A stretch of DNA of 64,000 nucleotides from a bacterium (GTDB taxonomy: Bacteria; SAR324; NAC60-12). Below, in pieces: positions 11,017 to 21,908 of the stretch. Below the pieces are notes generated by a model that was not told where the DNA came from, did not search any database, and worked only from the letters and a program-made list of their open reading frames with translations. A program made the translations under genes and the position numbers. The stretch is from NCBI GenBank assembly GCA_965209155.1, contig OZ242383.1:1184001-1248000 (forward strand), read 5' to 3'. The stretch's first letter is position 1, and each line of letters begins with the position of its first letter.

Positions 11017-11069
11017 CTCGCAATCAAGCGTCTTTTTTCATTCCTGATCGATTGAGAATTGGCACTTTC

Positions 11070-11575
11070 ATAGTGGGAAATCAAAAATTACACAAGACGA
11101 TAGCATTTGGAAATATGTGTGTAAAGACAAAATTAGGAGGGATATTTTTGCTTTTTTGGAAGGTTTCCTGGGAGGGTGTGCGGCATGTTAATTTTTTTAT
11201 CGCTTTTCTTTTATGCTGGTTTGAAATGCCGGATTTTGGACAAAGCTATCCCTGGGTTTTTCTGGAGAATTTTCAAGATACCCATTCTTCATCAGCAAAA
11301 TAGACTTCATCAGGGGGGATGTAGTCGGCATATTAGTCATCCGTCTCATAGGGAGTGATAGATGGCAGTGGTGGCGCTCTTTGGGTTTCTTCTCCGATAT
11401 GCTTTAAAATTTTTTTGACTTCTTGATGATTGGTAATAAATGCGATGATCTTCATCTCCTTGCCGCAGTTTGGACATAGCAGAAGATCCTCCTTGAAGAT
11501 CTTATGGATCAATCGTGCCCAACTTGCGCTGGCTTGCGCTTTTCCTTTGATCTGATGAACTGCCGCAGTCACTGC
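11070..11575 (-). mobile_element. IS91-family 3' remnant with oriIS-like end (copy 3)
   Basis: SWARLIHKIFKEDLLLCPNCGKEMKIIAFITNHQEVKKILKHIG..RAPP; end TTTCCCACTAT abuts GAAA. Confidence 0.8.
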
Positions 11576-11717
11576 CCAGATAGTGTAAATTAAATTGTGT
11601 GAAATTGAGAAGGGCATGAATCCATGGGACTTTCCCGGTAGGTTTGATGAAGTCAAATTTAAACCTACTATCAGGAGAAAGCCCCATGAAATTAGAATTG
11701 ACAGTAACGGAATTTAA

Positions 11718-13128
11718 CCTAAATCCTGCAATTAGATGACAAACAAAAATGGAAATGGTAATATACTCAAATAGTTAACATCAGAATAAACATTTTGAGG
11801 GATCACCATTTCCATGAAGAACAAAGGTAACACAAGATCGGCAAGAACGAAAGCAAAAAACATCCATATCCGCCAGGGAGGCAGAGACCTGACCGCGCAA
11901 GCAGGCTTGATTCCGGTTGTCAAATTTTTTCACAAACACGGGATTGTTTCGAAGACAGAGCAGACCATAGATCATCAGCGTGGCGCCACGAGTCTTTATG
12001 ACGCGGTGGACATGGTCATTTTATCGGTGGTTGGCATTATTGGTGGCGCTCGTTCGATTCGTTCGATTGTAACAGTTTGGAACGACCGTGTTTTGAGTCG
12101 TGTGGCCGGTTGGCTGAGGATTCCGGATGAAACCACATTCGGCCGCATACTGCGTACTTTCACACAGAAAAACATCCATGAGATGGAGAGCTTGAACCAT
12201 CGGATTCGAGCCGGTATCTGGCGCAAAGCGCTTCGAAGTGGGACAAGCAACGTTGGGGGGTTGCGCCATCTTGTGATTGACGTGGACTCCACTGTGAAAA
12301 CGGCCTACGGCAAGCAGCAAGGAGTGTCTGTCGGATATAATCCCCACAAACGCGGGGCCGCTTCGTATCATCCTCTGTTGGCATTTTGCGCAGAGACCAA
12401 GGAGATTCTTCAGGGTTGGCTTCGTGACGGGAGTGCCTATACCAGCAATGGAGTCGTTGAATTCATGCGACAACTTCTTGCTCAGCTTCCGAATCGGACT
12501 CGCACTCTGTTTCGTGGAGACAGTGGTTTTTTTGTGGGGGATTTGCTGGATTTCCTCGACGAACGAGGCCATGGCTACCTGATCAAGGTCAAACTCAAGG
12601 GGCTCGTGTCGTTATTGGAAACGCAAAAATGGCAAAAAGTGAAAGGGCAGCCCGCTTGGGAAGGGTGTGAGTTTTCCCACCAATGCGCGATACTCGCTTA
12701 CAACATGATGCGCTGGATGGCCCTTTGTAGTGGTAACGCCATACTGCGCCGTTGGGAACCGGCCACCATGCGCACTTATCTTGTCCGAATGGCAGGAAAA
12801 TGGACGAGTGGCGCTCGTCAACAAAAACTGAGAGTTCCGGAAAGAACACTTTACAATGCTCAATGGGATGCCTGGGTCGCGGTTGGAGAGACCTAGCTCC
12901 TTTGTTTCACTCCAGTGGTAACGTTTTGCTGAGATGTCGATCCCCAAGTCCAGGGAAAAGTACGTCTTGAATGCGGATCATCACAAAATATGACGATCTA
13001 ATGCAGGGCGGAAAAACCTTTATGAGCAAGGACTGATGGAAATTCAACTCTCAAATCCTTTTTTTTTTAAAAAATACTGTCAAAGAGTGGGGGAAACTCA
13101 ATCAAAATATGCAATTGCAGGATTTAGG
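11718..13128 (+). mobile_element. IS1380-family element
   Basis: Inverted repeats CCTAAATCCTGCAATT / AATTGCAGGATTTAGG. Confidence 0.85.
11814..12896 (+). CDS. IS1380 transposase, probably internally deleted
   Basis: IDVDST..YGKQQG..GYNP..YHPL and RGDSGF; region carrying the catalytic Glu appears missing near 12680. Confidence 0.8.
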   Translation: MKNKGNTRSARTKAKNIHIRQGGRDLTAQAGLIPVVKFFHKHGIVSKTEQTIDHQRGATSLYDAVDMVILSVVGIIGGARSIRSIVTVWNDRVLSRVAGWLRIPDETTFGRILRTFTQKNIHEMESLNHRIRAGIWRKALRSGTSNVGGLRHLVIDVDSTVKTAYGKQQGVSVGYNPHKRGAASYHPLLAFCAETKEILQGWLRDGSAYTSNGVVEFMRQLLAQLPNRTRTLFRGDSGFFVGDLLDFLDERGHGYLIKVKLKGLVSLLETQKWQKVKGQPAWEGCEFSHQCAILAYNMMRWMALCSGNAILRRWEPATMRTYLVRMAGKWTSGARQQKLRVPERTLYNAQWDAWVAVGET

Positions 13129-13136
13129 TATCATTA

Positions 13137-13407
13137 AACCACCCTCAGCTGAAGCTGAGGGATTTAGGCAATGGGCTATAAGCCCGACATTCAGCTAAAG
13201 CTGTCATTCGAGCAGGATATTGTCAATGTGATACGGTTGATGGGCATCAGAGTGATTATTGATATATTCATGAATCATTTCATCAGTCACATTTCCACTG
13301 GACGCACTAAAAAATCCCCGCGCCCAGAATTGTCGGCCCCAATAGCGTTTTTTCAAAATCGGTTGGAATTCCATTTGAATAGGAAGTTCCCATGGAACGA
13401 GATACAA
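13137..13407 (-). mobile_element. IS200 tnpA 3' remnant with terminal hairpin
   Basis: LKKRYWGRQFWARGFFSASSGNVTDEMIHEYI; hairpin CCCTCAGC-TGAA-GCTGAGGG. Confidence 0.8.
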
Positions 13408-13411
13408 CTAT

Positions 13412-13500
13412 TTCATGGAAAATCTAAATGTGATTCTAATTTTGACTGAAGCTCTCTTTCCGTCTGGAAGACGGAGGATTTAGACCATTTATGAGACATT
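13412..13500. repeat. Dispersed ~90-bp repeat (probable IS end); second copy at 53237-53325
   Basis: Shared TCATGGAAAATCT..GATTCTAATTTTGACTGAAGCTCTC..GATTTAGACCATTTATGAGACATT. Confidence 0.7.
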
Positions 13501-13584
13501 AAAAAAGATTTCCGGAGAGGACCGATCGTTTTCAAGTCCTCCCACGATATTGTTCCATCGATCGGAAACCCTCTTCTTTCACTA

Positions 13585-14475
13585 AGAATCTGTTTGAAAA
13601 TCATTTGATTCTCTTTAACATCAATCGAATCATAGCAATGTAAATCATGTTTTCAGATTTTTTTGTTTTTCTTTAATAATTGATGTTGAGTCTTCGATAC
13701 CATCCAAACCAAGAAAAGGTTCTTTCGACGATCCACCTTTTCGGTAGGAGCTGAAAGCCCGTTCTCTGGAGGTTTAGAGTGATCTCAAGTTCACATTGAG
13801 ATCGATTCCATAACCATTGGGCTAATTCCCCTTGATAATCTCCGTCCGTCCAAATCATCTGAATCGAAAAGAATCAGCGAAACATCGATTCCAAAAGATC
13901 GTAAGCACTTTTGGAATCGGAGGCATTGGCATCCGTGACTTTAACCATGAGAGGAATTCCCGAAATATCGACAGCGACATGCCTTTTATGCCCTTTGATT
14001 CGTTTATTTCCATCAAAACCCAGACTCTAAACCAGTTCCGTGGTTTTGACGGATTGACTATCAATCATTGCAGCACTGAGTCCGGGAGCTCAGCCCGATT
14101 CTATTCGGGTTTGCCGATGGAGAAACTGGTAAATCAGGAACCAAGTCTCATTCTTGCACAATTTATTGTAGTGGTAATAATCACTTTGCCAAGGAGGAAA
14201 ATCTTTGGGAAGCATTCTCCATTGACAACCCGTGGTCACTCCATACATAAATGGCGTTTATGATAACTCGTAGTTCCCATTTACGAAGGTGAGCGCCACG
14301 AGTTGAAAGTTCGGGAAGGTACTCTTGAAGTCTTTTCCATTGTTTATCACTGACATCACTGTTATAATCTGAACGTTCCATGTTCACTCCTTGTTATTAA
14401 GGCTTCATTGCTATCAAAATGAATGTGACATGGAACACTTCCAATAGGAAGCTCAACTTATTTCAAACAGGTTCT
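13585..14475 (-). mobile_element. IS5-family element with frameshifted transposase pseudogene
   Basis: YNSDVSDKQW, WRMLPKDFPPW, GFQLLPKRWIVERTFSW; inverted ends AGAA(T/C)CTGTTTGAAA. Confidence 0.8.
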
Positions 14476-14644
14476 ATAGTAAGGAAATATCAATGCTGAA
14501 GACAAAGGTATTATCTGGAATTTGATCCACATTACGAAACTCCACAAGAGATCGCTTTGGTATCAAGCGCATTGAAGAGTTGAAATCACAAAGGAAACTG
14601 ATAGGCTGATTAACGCTTTTCCGGGAAAGCCCGGTTGGGAGAAA

Positions 14645-17416
14645 TTGATGTACAGAAAATTCATGAACGCCGGAATTTCACCCGGCATCGCCTTCATCGT
14701 ATTGTCCGTCGCGCTCGGCATCGCTGGTGAGGTGCGGGCAGAAAACGAATGCGGTCCACCCGAAGCAGGGACGCCGGTTGTCTGCTCACCCTCGAACTAC
14801 GATGCGGCCGTGGATGGCAACATCGTGTACTACCCTGGCAAGGCGCACGGGGGCGATTTCACCATCCATCTCACCGATGGCCTGCCGGGACGCTACGACC
14901 GGGACGACCCCGACGACGACCAACTGGTTTTTCCCGGAGAGGGAGATCCCCTTTTCAGCGCCGTCAGGATCGAGATGGATGTGGAGCATACGGGTGACGT
15001 CTCGTTATTCTCTGCCGCCGACGTGACCTCGAATGCGAGAGGGATTTCAGTCGCCCATTACGGGAAGTCGGGGGCGATGCGCACGGAAATCGCAGGCGGC
15101 ACTTTCTTGATCACGAGCGATTGGCTGAGAGCTTTCGCCATCCATAGCTATCGAGGCGATGAATTTGACGCAAACGACGAGTTCAGCGGCGACCACGATC
15201 TCATCGTGCGCGACGTTGACGTTGATTTGGAAGGGGGATGGGCCGGCGTCCTGGGAGCCCAACTCGTCAAGGGAGACCTTCGGGTCTCCGTGCGGGACTC
15301 CGAGATCGAGGTCGATTCCCATTGGGCCACCGGCATATTCGGTAGCCATCGCAGCACCGGAGACGTCGACATCGACGTCCAGAATGTTAACGTAGCTGTC
15401 AGCGGCACCAGTACGATTGACGGAATCTACGGCTATCATCTTGGCAGAGGCAATACCCGCATCGCCGTGCGGAACAGCACCATCGACGTCAAGGCCCAAG
15501 ACCCGTTCTCAGACGGTATTTCCTTTCTCTATACGAAAGGGCAGGGTGGAGATCTCTCCTTTGACGTGCGAGACGTCGAGATCGATGTCTCCAGCACCCA
15601 CGGGATCTACCATATGGGCAGCAACGAGGAAGGGGGGAGGTATTTTGATGGCATTTGGGCTGGATACTGGGCAGAAGAAGGCGACATTCACGTCGACGTG
15701 CGAGACGCTGGTATCGTGGTGAAAGGCGCGGATTCCGGCGGAATGTCCTTCATCCATGACAGTAAAGGCGACATCGACATAGCGGCGCGCAACGTCGACA
15801 TCGAGGTCGCAGGCAACCGTTCCGTGGGCATTGGCGGAGGCCAACGCTTCGACGGCACCGGCGACATCCGCATTGACGTTCGCGATTCGACGGTCCTGGC
15901 CACGGGAGAAACCGTCGCGGGCATCCGGGCGTTCAACTTCACGGGTGACGGCCGCATTGGCATTCGCGTCGACGGCGGAACAATCAGCGCCAAGGGCGAA
16001 GACAGTTCCGGCATCCTGGTCGGCCTCACCGGTCGGTTATTCGAGGACAGGACGGAGCCGGTCCAGGCCCCGGCCCTGCGGGACGTCACGGTGAACCCGA
16101 GCGCTGACACACGCCGGGATGCAGCCGCCCAGGACGTCGTCGTGAACGGACGCGTGCGGGGTGGCACGGGTATTGGGGCGGGAGTCCGCCTTTACGGAGG
16201 CGGCCGGGTTGAGATTGGCCCCCAGGGTAGCGTCGGCGCGGACTCGGGCGTCGCCATTCGGGCCGAGGCAGAAGGAGCTGCGTTGCATGTCGAGGCGTGG
16301 TTGGACGGACGCCGGGCGAGCGATGCGATCGCCGGCGAGATCAGGAACGACGACGGCCGGACCACGGTCGTCGTCAACGGGGTGCTCCTGCACGACGGCA
16401 CGACGGGTGCGACGGGCGCATGGGCGCCGAACGGTGTGCGCGACGTATCTCTCACGGGCTCGGAGACCGTCGCGGGACGAGCATTCCTGCCGGCGGATTT
16501 CCTGACCTCCTCATATAGGCCACGGGCGGCAGTCTACGAGGCGCTGCCCGGTTTCATGCTGCGGCTGGACAACCGGGAGGTAGTCGGGAATCGCTTGCAC
16601 GGGCATAACTCGCCCACGTGGTTCAGGATTTCGGGCGGCCAGGGTTCCTATACTCCGGATCACTCACTTGTCGGCGCGGCTTACGATTTCGGACGCTTCG
16701 AGGCCGAGGCGGGTGTGGAGTTTGATCTTTCCCGGGAAGAGAACGTGACCGGTTGGGCCTCGCTTCGTCATACACGGGGCTCGGCGGACGTGTCCGCACC
16801 GACGGGCGGAGGAAAGATCGAGGCCATGGGTTACGGCGCCTCTTTCGGGCTCTCCTGGCAAAATGCCACCGGCTACTATACGAACGGGCTCATTTCGATG
16901 ACCCGCTACGAGACGGACCTGAGTGCAGACGGCCGGGGTGTCTTGGTAGAGGGTGCAGACGCGATGGTCCGTTCCCTCGGAGTCGAGGCCGGCCGGCGTT
17001 TCTCGTTCGTGGACAACCTGTCTTTGACGCCCCGGGCGTGGTCGACTTACTCGGACGTTTCGATGGACGGCTTCCGGGACGTGGTCGGGTCGCGGGTCTC
17101 ACTCCTCAAATCGGCGCGGTCCATCGTTGGTCTCGGCATCGTTACGGAATACGCGCATTCTTTGGACGGTAGCAAACAGCAACTTATCCTGCACGGCCGG
17201 CTAGGCGTGGAACAGGTGCTTGGGGATGCGGAGACCGTGGCGGACGTCTCGAGGGAGCGTCTCGTCTCGAAAGCTCCCTGGACCCGGGGAATGCTGGACC
17301 TGGGCGCAGTTTACCGCTGGAAACGTTGGTCGCTGGGCGGAGAAGTTTCCGCCTCCGGCTTGGGTACGGATGACAGAGGCTATGCCGCCAGCCTCCACCT
17401 CGGAATGCAGTTCTAG
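14645..17416 (+). CDS. Autotransporter (type Va) outer-membrane protein
   Basis: Signal peptide, repetitive beta-helix-like passenger, C-terminal beta-barrel ending in F; visibly GC-rich. Confidence 0.85.
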   Translation: MMYRKFMNAGISPGIAFIVLSVALGIAGEVRAENECGPPEAGTPVVCSPSNYDAAVDGNIVYYPGKAHGGDFTIHLTDGLPGRYDRDDPDDDQLVFPGEGDPLFSAVRIEMDVEHTGDVSLFSAADVTSNARGISVAHYGKSGAMRTEIAGGTFLITSDWLRAFAIHSYRGDEFDANDEFSGDHDLIVRDVDVDLEGGWAGVLGAQLVKGDLRVSVRDSEIEVDSHWATGIFGSHRSTGDVDIDVQNVNVAVSGTSTIDGIYGYHLGRGNTRIAVRNSTIDVKAQDPFSDGISFLYTKGQGGDLSFDVRDVEIDVSSTHGIYHMGSNEEGGRYFDGIWAGYWAEEGDIHVDVRDAGIVVKGADSGGMSFIHDSKGDIDIAARNVDIEVAGNRSVGIGGGQRFDGTGDIRIDVRDSTVLATGETVAGIRAFNFTGDGRIGIRVDGGTISAKGEDSSGILVGLTGRLFEDRTEPVQAPALRDVTVNPSADTRRDAAAQDVVVNGRVRGGTGIGAGVRLYGGGRVEIGPQGSVGADSGVAIRAEAEGAALHVEAWLDGRRASDAIAGEIRNDDGRTTVVVNGVLLHDGTTGATGAWAPNGVRDVSLTGSETVAGRAFLPADFLTSSYRPRAAVYEALPGFMLRLDNREVVGNRLHGHNSPTWFRISGGQGSYTPDHSLVGAAYDFGRFEAEAGVEFDLSREENVTGWASLRHTRGSADVSAPTGGGKIEAMGYGASFGLSWQNATGYYTNGLISMTRYETDLSADGRGVLVEGADAMVRSLGVEAGRRFSFVDNLSLTPRAWSTYSDVSMDGFRDVVGSRVSLLKSARSIVGLGIVTEYAHSLDGSKQQLILHGRLGVEQVLGDAETVADVSRERLVSKAPWTRGMLDLGAVYRWKRWSLGGEVSASGLGTDDRGYAASLHLGMQF

Positions 17417-17575
17417 GGTGCGACCGGACGATCGCCATCAAAAGACCGAGGATGTTACCAAGTTGACGATATTCTCCGCTTTTTAAAACTCCACGCGCGG
17501 AGGGTTATTGGAGAGAGCCATGAAAACCCCAGGCCCGCCACGCGGAGAGGTGCGAATTTTCTTGACAACAAGTGG

Positions 17576-18025
17576 TCAGATATCCGTCTGCGAAGAATTG
17601 GAATCCGTGTCAAAAAATCGCGAAAAAGCCCGGTGTTCAAAGAACTCTGACATGGAACTTTGATCTTCGTCCTTGGAAAAGCCCCAGTGATGACCGCGTT
17701 TGCCACCTCGATGGTGTCTTCCTTTCCCTTTCCAACGATCATTGCGCATTTCTTTCAACTGCTCCAATTGCTCCAATTGCTCTTCACTGAGCACCGCTTC
17801 GAATTGTTCGCGGGTCTCTTGACGCAGCGCGCGTAACTCTTTTTGCAACGCTTCTTCTTTCATTTCAGATTCTTCAAAAATCTTACGCAAACTGTCTACC
17901 TGCTCATCACTGAGTTCCAGTCGCTCTTGCAACCGGTCCAGATAGCCTTCGATGGAATGCGCAGCCACCACGACTCCTACCAACAAACTGACACCAATCA
18001 AACTTCCAACAATCATTTTTTTCAT
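17576..18025 (-). CDS. Periplasmic Spy/CpxP-like helical protein
   Basis: Signal peptide, LELSDEQ and VLSEEQ motifs. Confidence 0.6.
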   Translation of the reverse strand: MKKMIVGSLIGVSLLVGVVVAAHSIEGYLDRLQERLELSDEQVDSLRKIFEESEMKEEALQKELRALRQETREQFEAVLSEEQLEQLEQLKEMRNDRWKGKGRHHRGGKRGHHWGFSKDEDQSSMSEFFEHRAFSRFFDTDSNSSQTDI

Positions 18026-18129
18026 AGTTTCCTCATTTCAATCAGGATTGATAAACAGGACGTCGACCTTCGACATCCACTGAGGCCAGTATAAACAATC
18101 CAATGTTTTTTGAGGGTCAACGGAGTGTA

Positions 18130-18420
18130 AAGTTTTTGTAAATAATTTCGATCTGCTTCCAGCATCAATTATTGACGGAAGCCATTTTTTATGGATTGTC
18201 GAAATATAATCGAAAGTCGGGGATAGTCTGAATTTGCAGGCAATGAAGAGGTTATTGCCAACCCGCATCAGATCGTGCTATGCGGTATTGGCAATGAAGT
18301 TCTTGAAGGGTAGTTGTCGACGATCGAAGTTTTTCAGCCCTGGTTGGCCAGTTCATCATTTCCCTGACCATTCGAGGCATGCCACATGACTTGCTCAATG
18401 GGGTTGTGGTCAAATTGGTC
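18130..18420 (-). pseudogene. Degenerate IS1380-like transposase C-terminal fragment
   Basis: LKNFDRRQLPFKNFIANTA-like reading interrupted by stops. Confidence 0.35.
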
Positions 18421-18439
18421 CACTCCATCCAAGACTTGA

Positions 18440-19123
18440 TCAGAATGCGAAGTACGCCCCGAGATGGGCGCGATGTTCGTCCACACCATGATCCTCACTG
18501 AGTGGCAGGTACAGGTATTCGATGCGCAACGAAGCCGTGTCGGTTACCGGCACGTCGAGGCCGCCTCCCAGGAGAAGCCCAAGACCGTTGTCGTCTTCAA
18601 AATCCGCTGGCACGGCTGCCGTCCTGTTCGCGATCGTTATCTTTCCCGTATTCACGAATTCATCGTCCCATCGCCTCATCCCGATTTTGACGAAAGGCAC
18701 GAAGGAGGAATCCATCGAGAATTGCCTCACGAGGGCAGCGTACAGTGACCAACGCCTGACCTTGCCCTTGAAATCAAAGGATACCTCCAATCCGTCAATC
18801 GTTCCTGCCAGTTCCAGCCTCTGGTTCAATTCGCCGCTGCCAAGATAACCAACCTCTATTGCGAAGTCGTCATTCAAGTTGTACCCCGCATAGGCGCTCC
18901 AGGCGAACACCCGGTCGTCAGTCGACAAGGACAGGTTTTCAATACCGGTATCCCCCTCCTGGCGTAGTTCATTCTCAAAATTTCCGGTTCGCTCTTCCAA
19001 ATCCGGAAAAAACGCCATCCCTGAAGACGCACCCACGTACAGATCACCCACGCGCTCCTGCGGGTAGACTGAGGTCGCCATCAGTACCGCGCATATCGCC
19101 GTCAACCACGTCAATGTTTTCAT
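18440..19123 (-). CDS. Outer-membrane beta-barrel protein (OmpA-like transmembrane domain)
   Basis: Signal peptide, AYAGYNLN..AIEVGY, terminal aromatic YFAF. Confidence 0.8.
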   Translation of the reverse strand: MKTLTWLTAICAVLMATSVYPQERVGDLYVGASSGMAFFPDLEERTGNFENELRQEGDTGIENLSLSTDDRVFAWSAYAGYNLNDDFAIEVGYLGSGELNQRLELAGTIDGLEVSFDFKGKVRRWSLYAALVRQFSMDSSFVPFVKIGMRRWDDEFVNTGKITIANRTAAVPADFEDDNGLGLLLGGGLDVPVTDTASLRIEYLYLPLSEDHGVDEHRAHLGAYFAF

Positions 19124-19401
19124 GATAGTCTCCTCTCATACTATGGAATTGAATTAAGGATTCAGGTCTTTTCAGAAACCGGTTGGTTGAATGACCTGAA
19201 TTCGAAAATTCTCATTTATGAATAGGAGTATCAAGCGTATTTGTCAAACTCGCCAATGAAGATGCCCGTTTGCGGTCTCAATGCATAACCCTTAATACGA
19301 ATCATTCGTCATGAATAATTGAGGAAGAGTTGAACCAGGAGTCTAAAGCAGATAGAATACTGATTTATAAACGAATCAAAAACCCTTTGTAAGGAAACTA
19401 A

Positions 19402-20175
19402 ATGAAAAAAATATTTCTTATCATCATTTTATTCGTTTTCGTTCACCCGGTATATTCCAAAACAGCGTCTCTCGTATTATGGGATTCCGAAGAAAGCCTG
19501 AATCGACTTGCACGGTCCACTCATAAAAAAGATTTTTCCAGTTGAGTAATCATTTTGTCAGTCAGAACAATAAAATTTTCTGCGGTCTGGCATCTTCTGC
19601 CATGGTCTTGAACACATTGAGACTCGGGAAAAAAGACAATCTTCCAGAAGACAATCAATCAATTGCTAAAAAGGAATTATTCTGGCTCCCTAAAGGGTTC
19701 AATCCTTTTTTCGGTTAATATACATCCAACAACGTTCTCAGTGATGAAACTAAAACCAGAGGGGAGGTCTTGGGAAAACCTATCGATATCGAAGGAGACT
19801 TAAAAAGCGATTATGGATTGCAGTTAAGACAACTGGCCGGGGTTTTACGTTCTCATTTACTGGACGTCACGTTGCGTGTAGTTGACGACAATGCGGACCT
19901 GGACAGGATTAAAAAATGAAATAATTGAAAACATGGCCACCCGAGATGATTATGTTTTGGTCAACTATGCCAGAAAATCTCTCGGACAAACGGGGGGCGG
20001 TCATATTTCACCACTTGGAGCTTACGATAAGGAAAGTGATTCTTTCTTGATCATTGACGTGAACCCCAACAGGGCACCCTGGGTTTGGGTTAAATCCGAT
20101 GATTTGATCAGTGCCATGCAGACCTTCGACACTGTGGAAAACCGGGGATTCCTTTTGATCAAAGAAGGAATTTGA
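19402..20175 (+). pseudogene. Phytochelatin synthase-family pseudogene
   Basis: QNNKIFCGLASSAMVLN and GGHISPLGAYD..FLIIDV catalytic motifs in different frames; premature TAA near 19716. Confidence 0.8.
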
Positions 20176-20254
20176 AAACCTTGAAGGGTGCGATCCAAGG
20201 TCGGATCCCTTGACCTGCAAGTAGATCCGACACCCTGGGGAGAGAATTCAGTCT

Positions 20255-20791
20255 TTACTTACGCATGATCGTGACGGTTCCCGCCTCGTCACCAGCCATG
20301 ACCATACTATTTTTCATCATACCTTCATCATGTCCGATATCGAAGCGGCTCAACTGAACGGTCACGGATCCAGGCGCGTGTACGTCAGCGACTGCCGAAA
20401 CGTAATTATCAGGGACGGCGGTAGGCGCCACCATCGCAAGGATACGCAAGGTCGTGGCATCCGATTCAAACGTGAATGAAACGGATTTGCCAGGCGCGAG
20501 GAGCACACCCGGAGGGCCATCGGATCCATGGCCCACTGCCGCACCACCTTCGCCGATCGATTCGATCACCATGGCCGGATCTCCCGTCAGAATTTGATGC
20601 TCAGCTGCCTTGGTGACGTAGTTTCCCACGAAGAAATGACCATCATTGCTCGCGCTCGTCACCACGATAGGAGCAAGCAATTCATCAGACAGGTTGTTCG
20701 TCACCGTTATTTCGAAGACGTTTCCACCAGCAAACGCCGAACCTGCTACCAGCAAGCTGCCCACGAATCCACACAATTTATTCATTTTCAT
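20255..20791 (-). CDS. Secreted spondin_N-like protein
   Basis: EITVTN..LAPIVV, LLAPG, AMVAPT..DN, FDIG. Confidence 0.7.
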   Translation of the reverse strand: MKMNKLCGFVGSLLVAGSAFAGGNVFEITVTNNLSDELLAPIVVTSASNDGHFFVGNYVTKAAEHQILTGDPAMVIESIGEGGAAVGHGSDGPPGVLLAPGKSVSFTFESDATTLRILAMVAPTAVPDNYVSAVADVHAPGSVTVQLSRFDIGHDEGMMKNSMVMAGDEAGTVTIMRK

Positions 20792-20908
20792 TACAGTTTT
20801 CCTTTCATATAAAATGGTATATTAAAGCCTTGGAACAAAAAAACCCATAAGGCAGAAAGGATATAGTATACTTGCTTCAATACGGAATATCAAACTCTGA
20901 TTATTCGG

Positions 20909-20931
20909 GGGGTGTAATTAAAAGTGAGGGG
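20909..20931 (-). mobile_element. Solo IS end matching the ISKra4/ISLre2-like end at 52318-52340
   Basis: GGGGTGTAATTAAAAGTGAGGGG is the reverse complement of that end. Confidence 0.55.
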
Positions 20932-21252
20932 CAGTTTCGGTGTCAGCCCTGAGAGTTTGGAAAAATCAGTTCTTGAGAGGGATGATTGATGATAGTGGTT
21001 GAATAGGGTTCATCCATTGAGGAAACGAATCAATCCCGGAAGCGCAAAGATTGCCTGGAAATCCTTCAGACTCAAATCTTTGCATAAACTTCCAAGCTTG
21101 ACCACTTTTTTTGAAATTTTTGATTTTCCTAGTATGACAGCCGGAGACATGATTCGCGACTCGTAGATGAACTCCAGGATTTCCATACGGAAGAGCACGA
21201 CCTCGAAGTCTATAATCTGACATCTTCTCATCGTGAGCACCATTCCAACAAA

Positions 21253-21819
21253 CTACAACTTCCAACTCTTTCTGTGCTCTGAATTAAATTGCTTTCCTCT
21301 GGTCGGATATTCTGGCAATCCATTACTGTCAAAATTTGTTCCAAATGGCATAATCCCCCTTGTTGTTTCTTCAGCTTCTGATGTGAACACAGTGAATGCA
21401 ATTCCGATATTGTAGTACGAGTTCCTAATGGGACTGTTTCTCTCGGAAAAATCGAAAGCAGAACTTAGCCTTACGACAATGATGTCTCCCGGCTTGAGCG
21501 TAAGTTGTGTATTCGAGAGGGTAAGTGGGGAATCAATTCCATTTATGTCAGTTTCAACATAGACATAACTCACTTCAAATTTTGTAAAGTTGGCATTGAA
21601 CAAACCGAAATGCAAATCTGCTACTGCAAGGGCGCGATTTCCAGTGTTTGAGATGACTAAATCAGCGTGATATTTGCTATTGCGCTTGTTTATATTATAG
21701 CTTGACACGGAAAGACTATGATCAACCCGCATATGTACCCAGTAAATGTTATAGATGGACACGACAAGCGCTGCAATTGAAACTACAATAGCGATCGAAG
21801 CGGTTACATTTGTTAACAT
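21253..21819 (-). CDS. Hypothetical protein with N-terminal TM helix
   Basis: 188-aa ORF, GGAGA RBS. Confidence 0.6.
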   Translation of the reverse strand: MLTNVTASIAIVVSIAALVVSIYNIYWVHMRVDHSLSVSSYNINKRNSKYHADLVISNTGNRALAVADLHFGLFNANFTKFEVSYVYVETDINGIDSPLTLSNTQLTLKPGDIIVVRLSSAFDFSERNSPIRNSYYNIGIAFTVFTSEAEETTRGIMPFGTNFDSNGLPEYPTRGKQFNSEHRKSWKL

Positions 21820-21908
21820 TGTGGTATCTCCGTATGCTGTGTGTTAACTATTCACTGGACTTTAGACATTTGAGTAAGTTTTAGACTGCTATCTAGCCCA
21901 TGAATAAT

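Noticed and set aside
7788..11575. Integron cassette array
   Set aside because: No intI and no attC-type GTTRRRY/RYYYAAC pairs recognised; spacers are IS91 remnants
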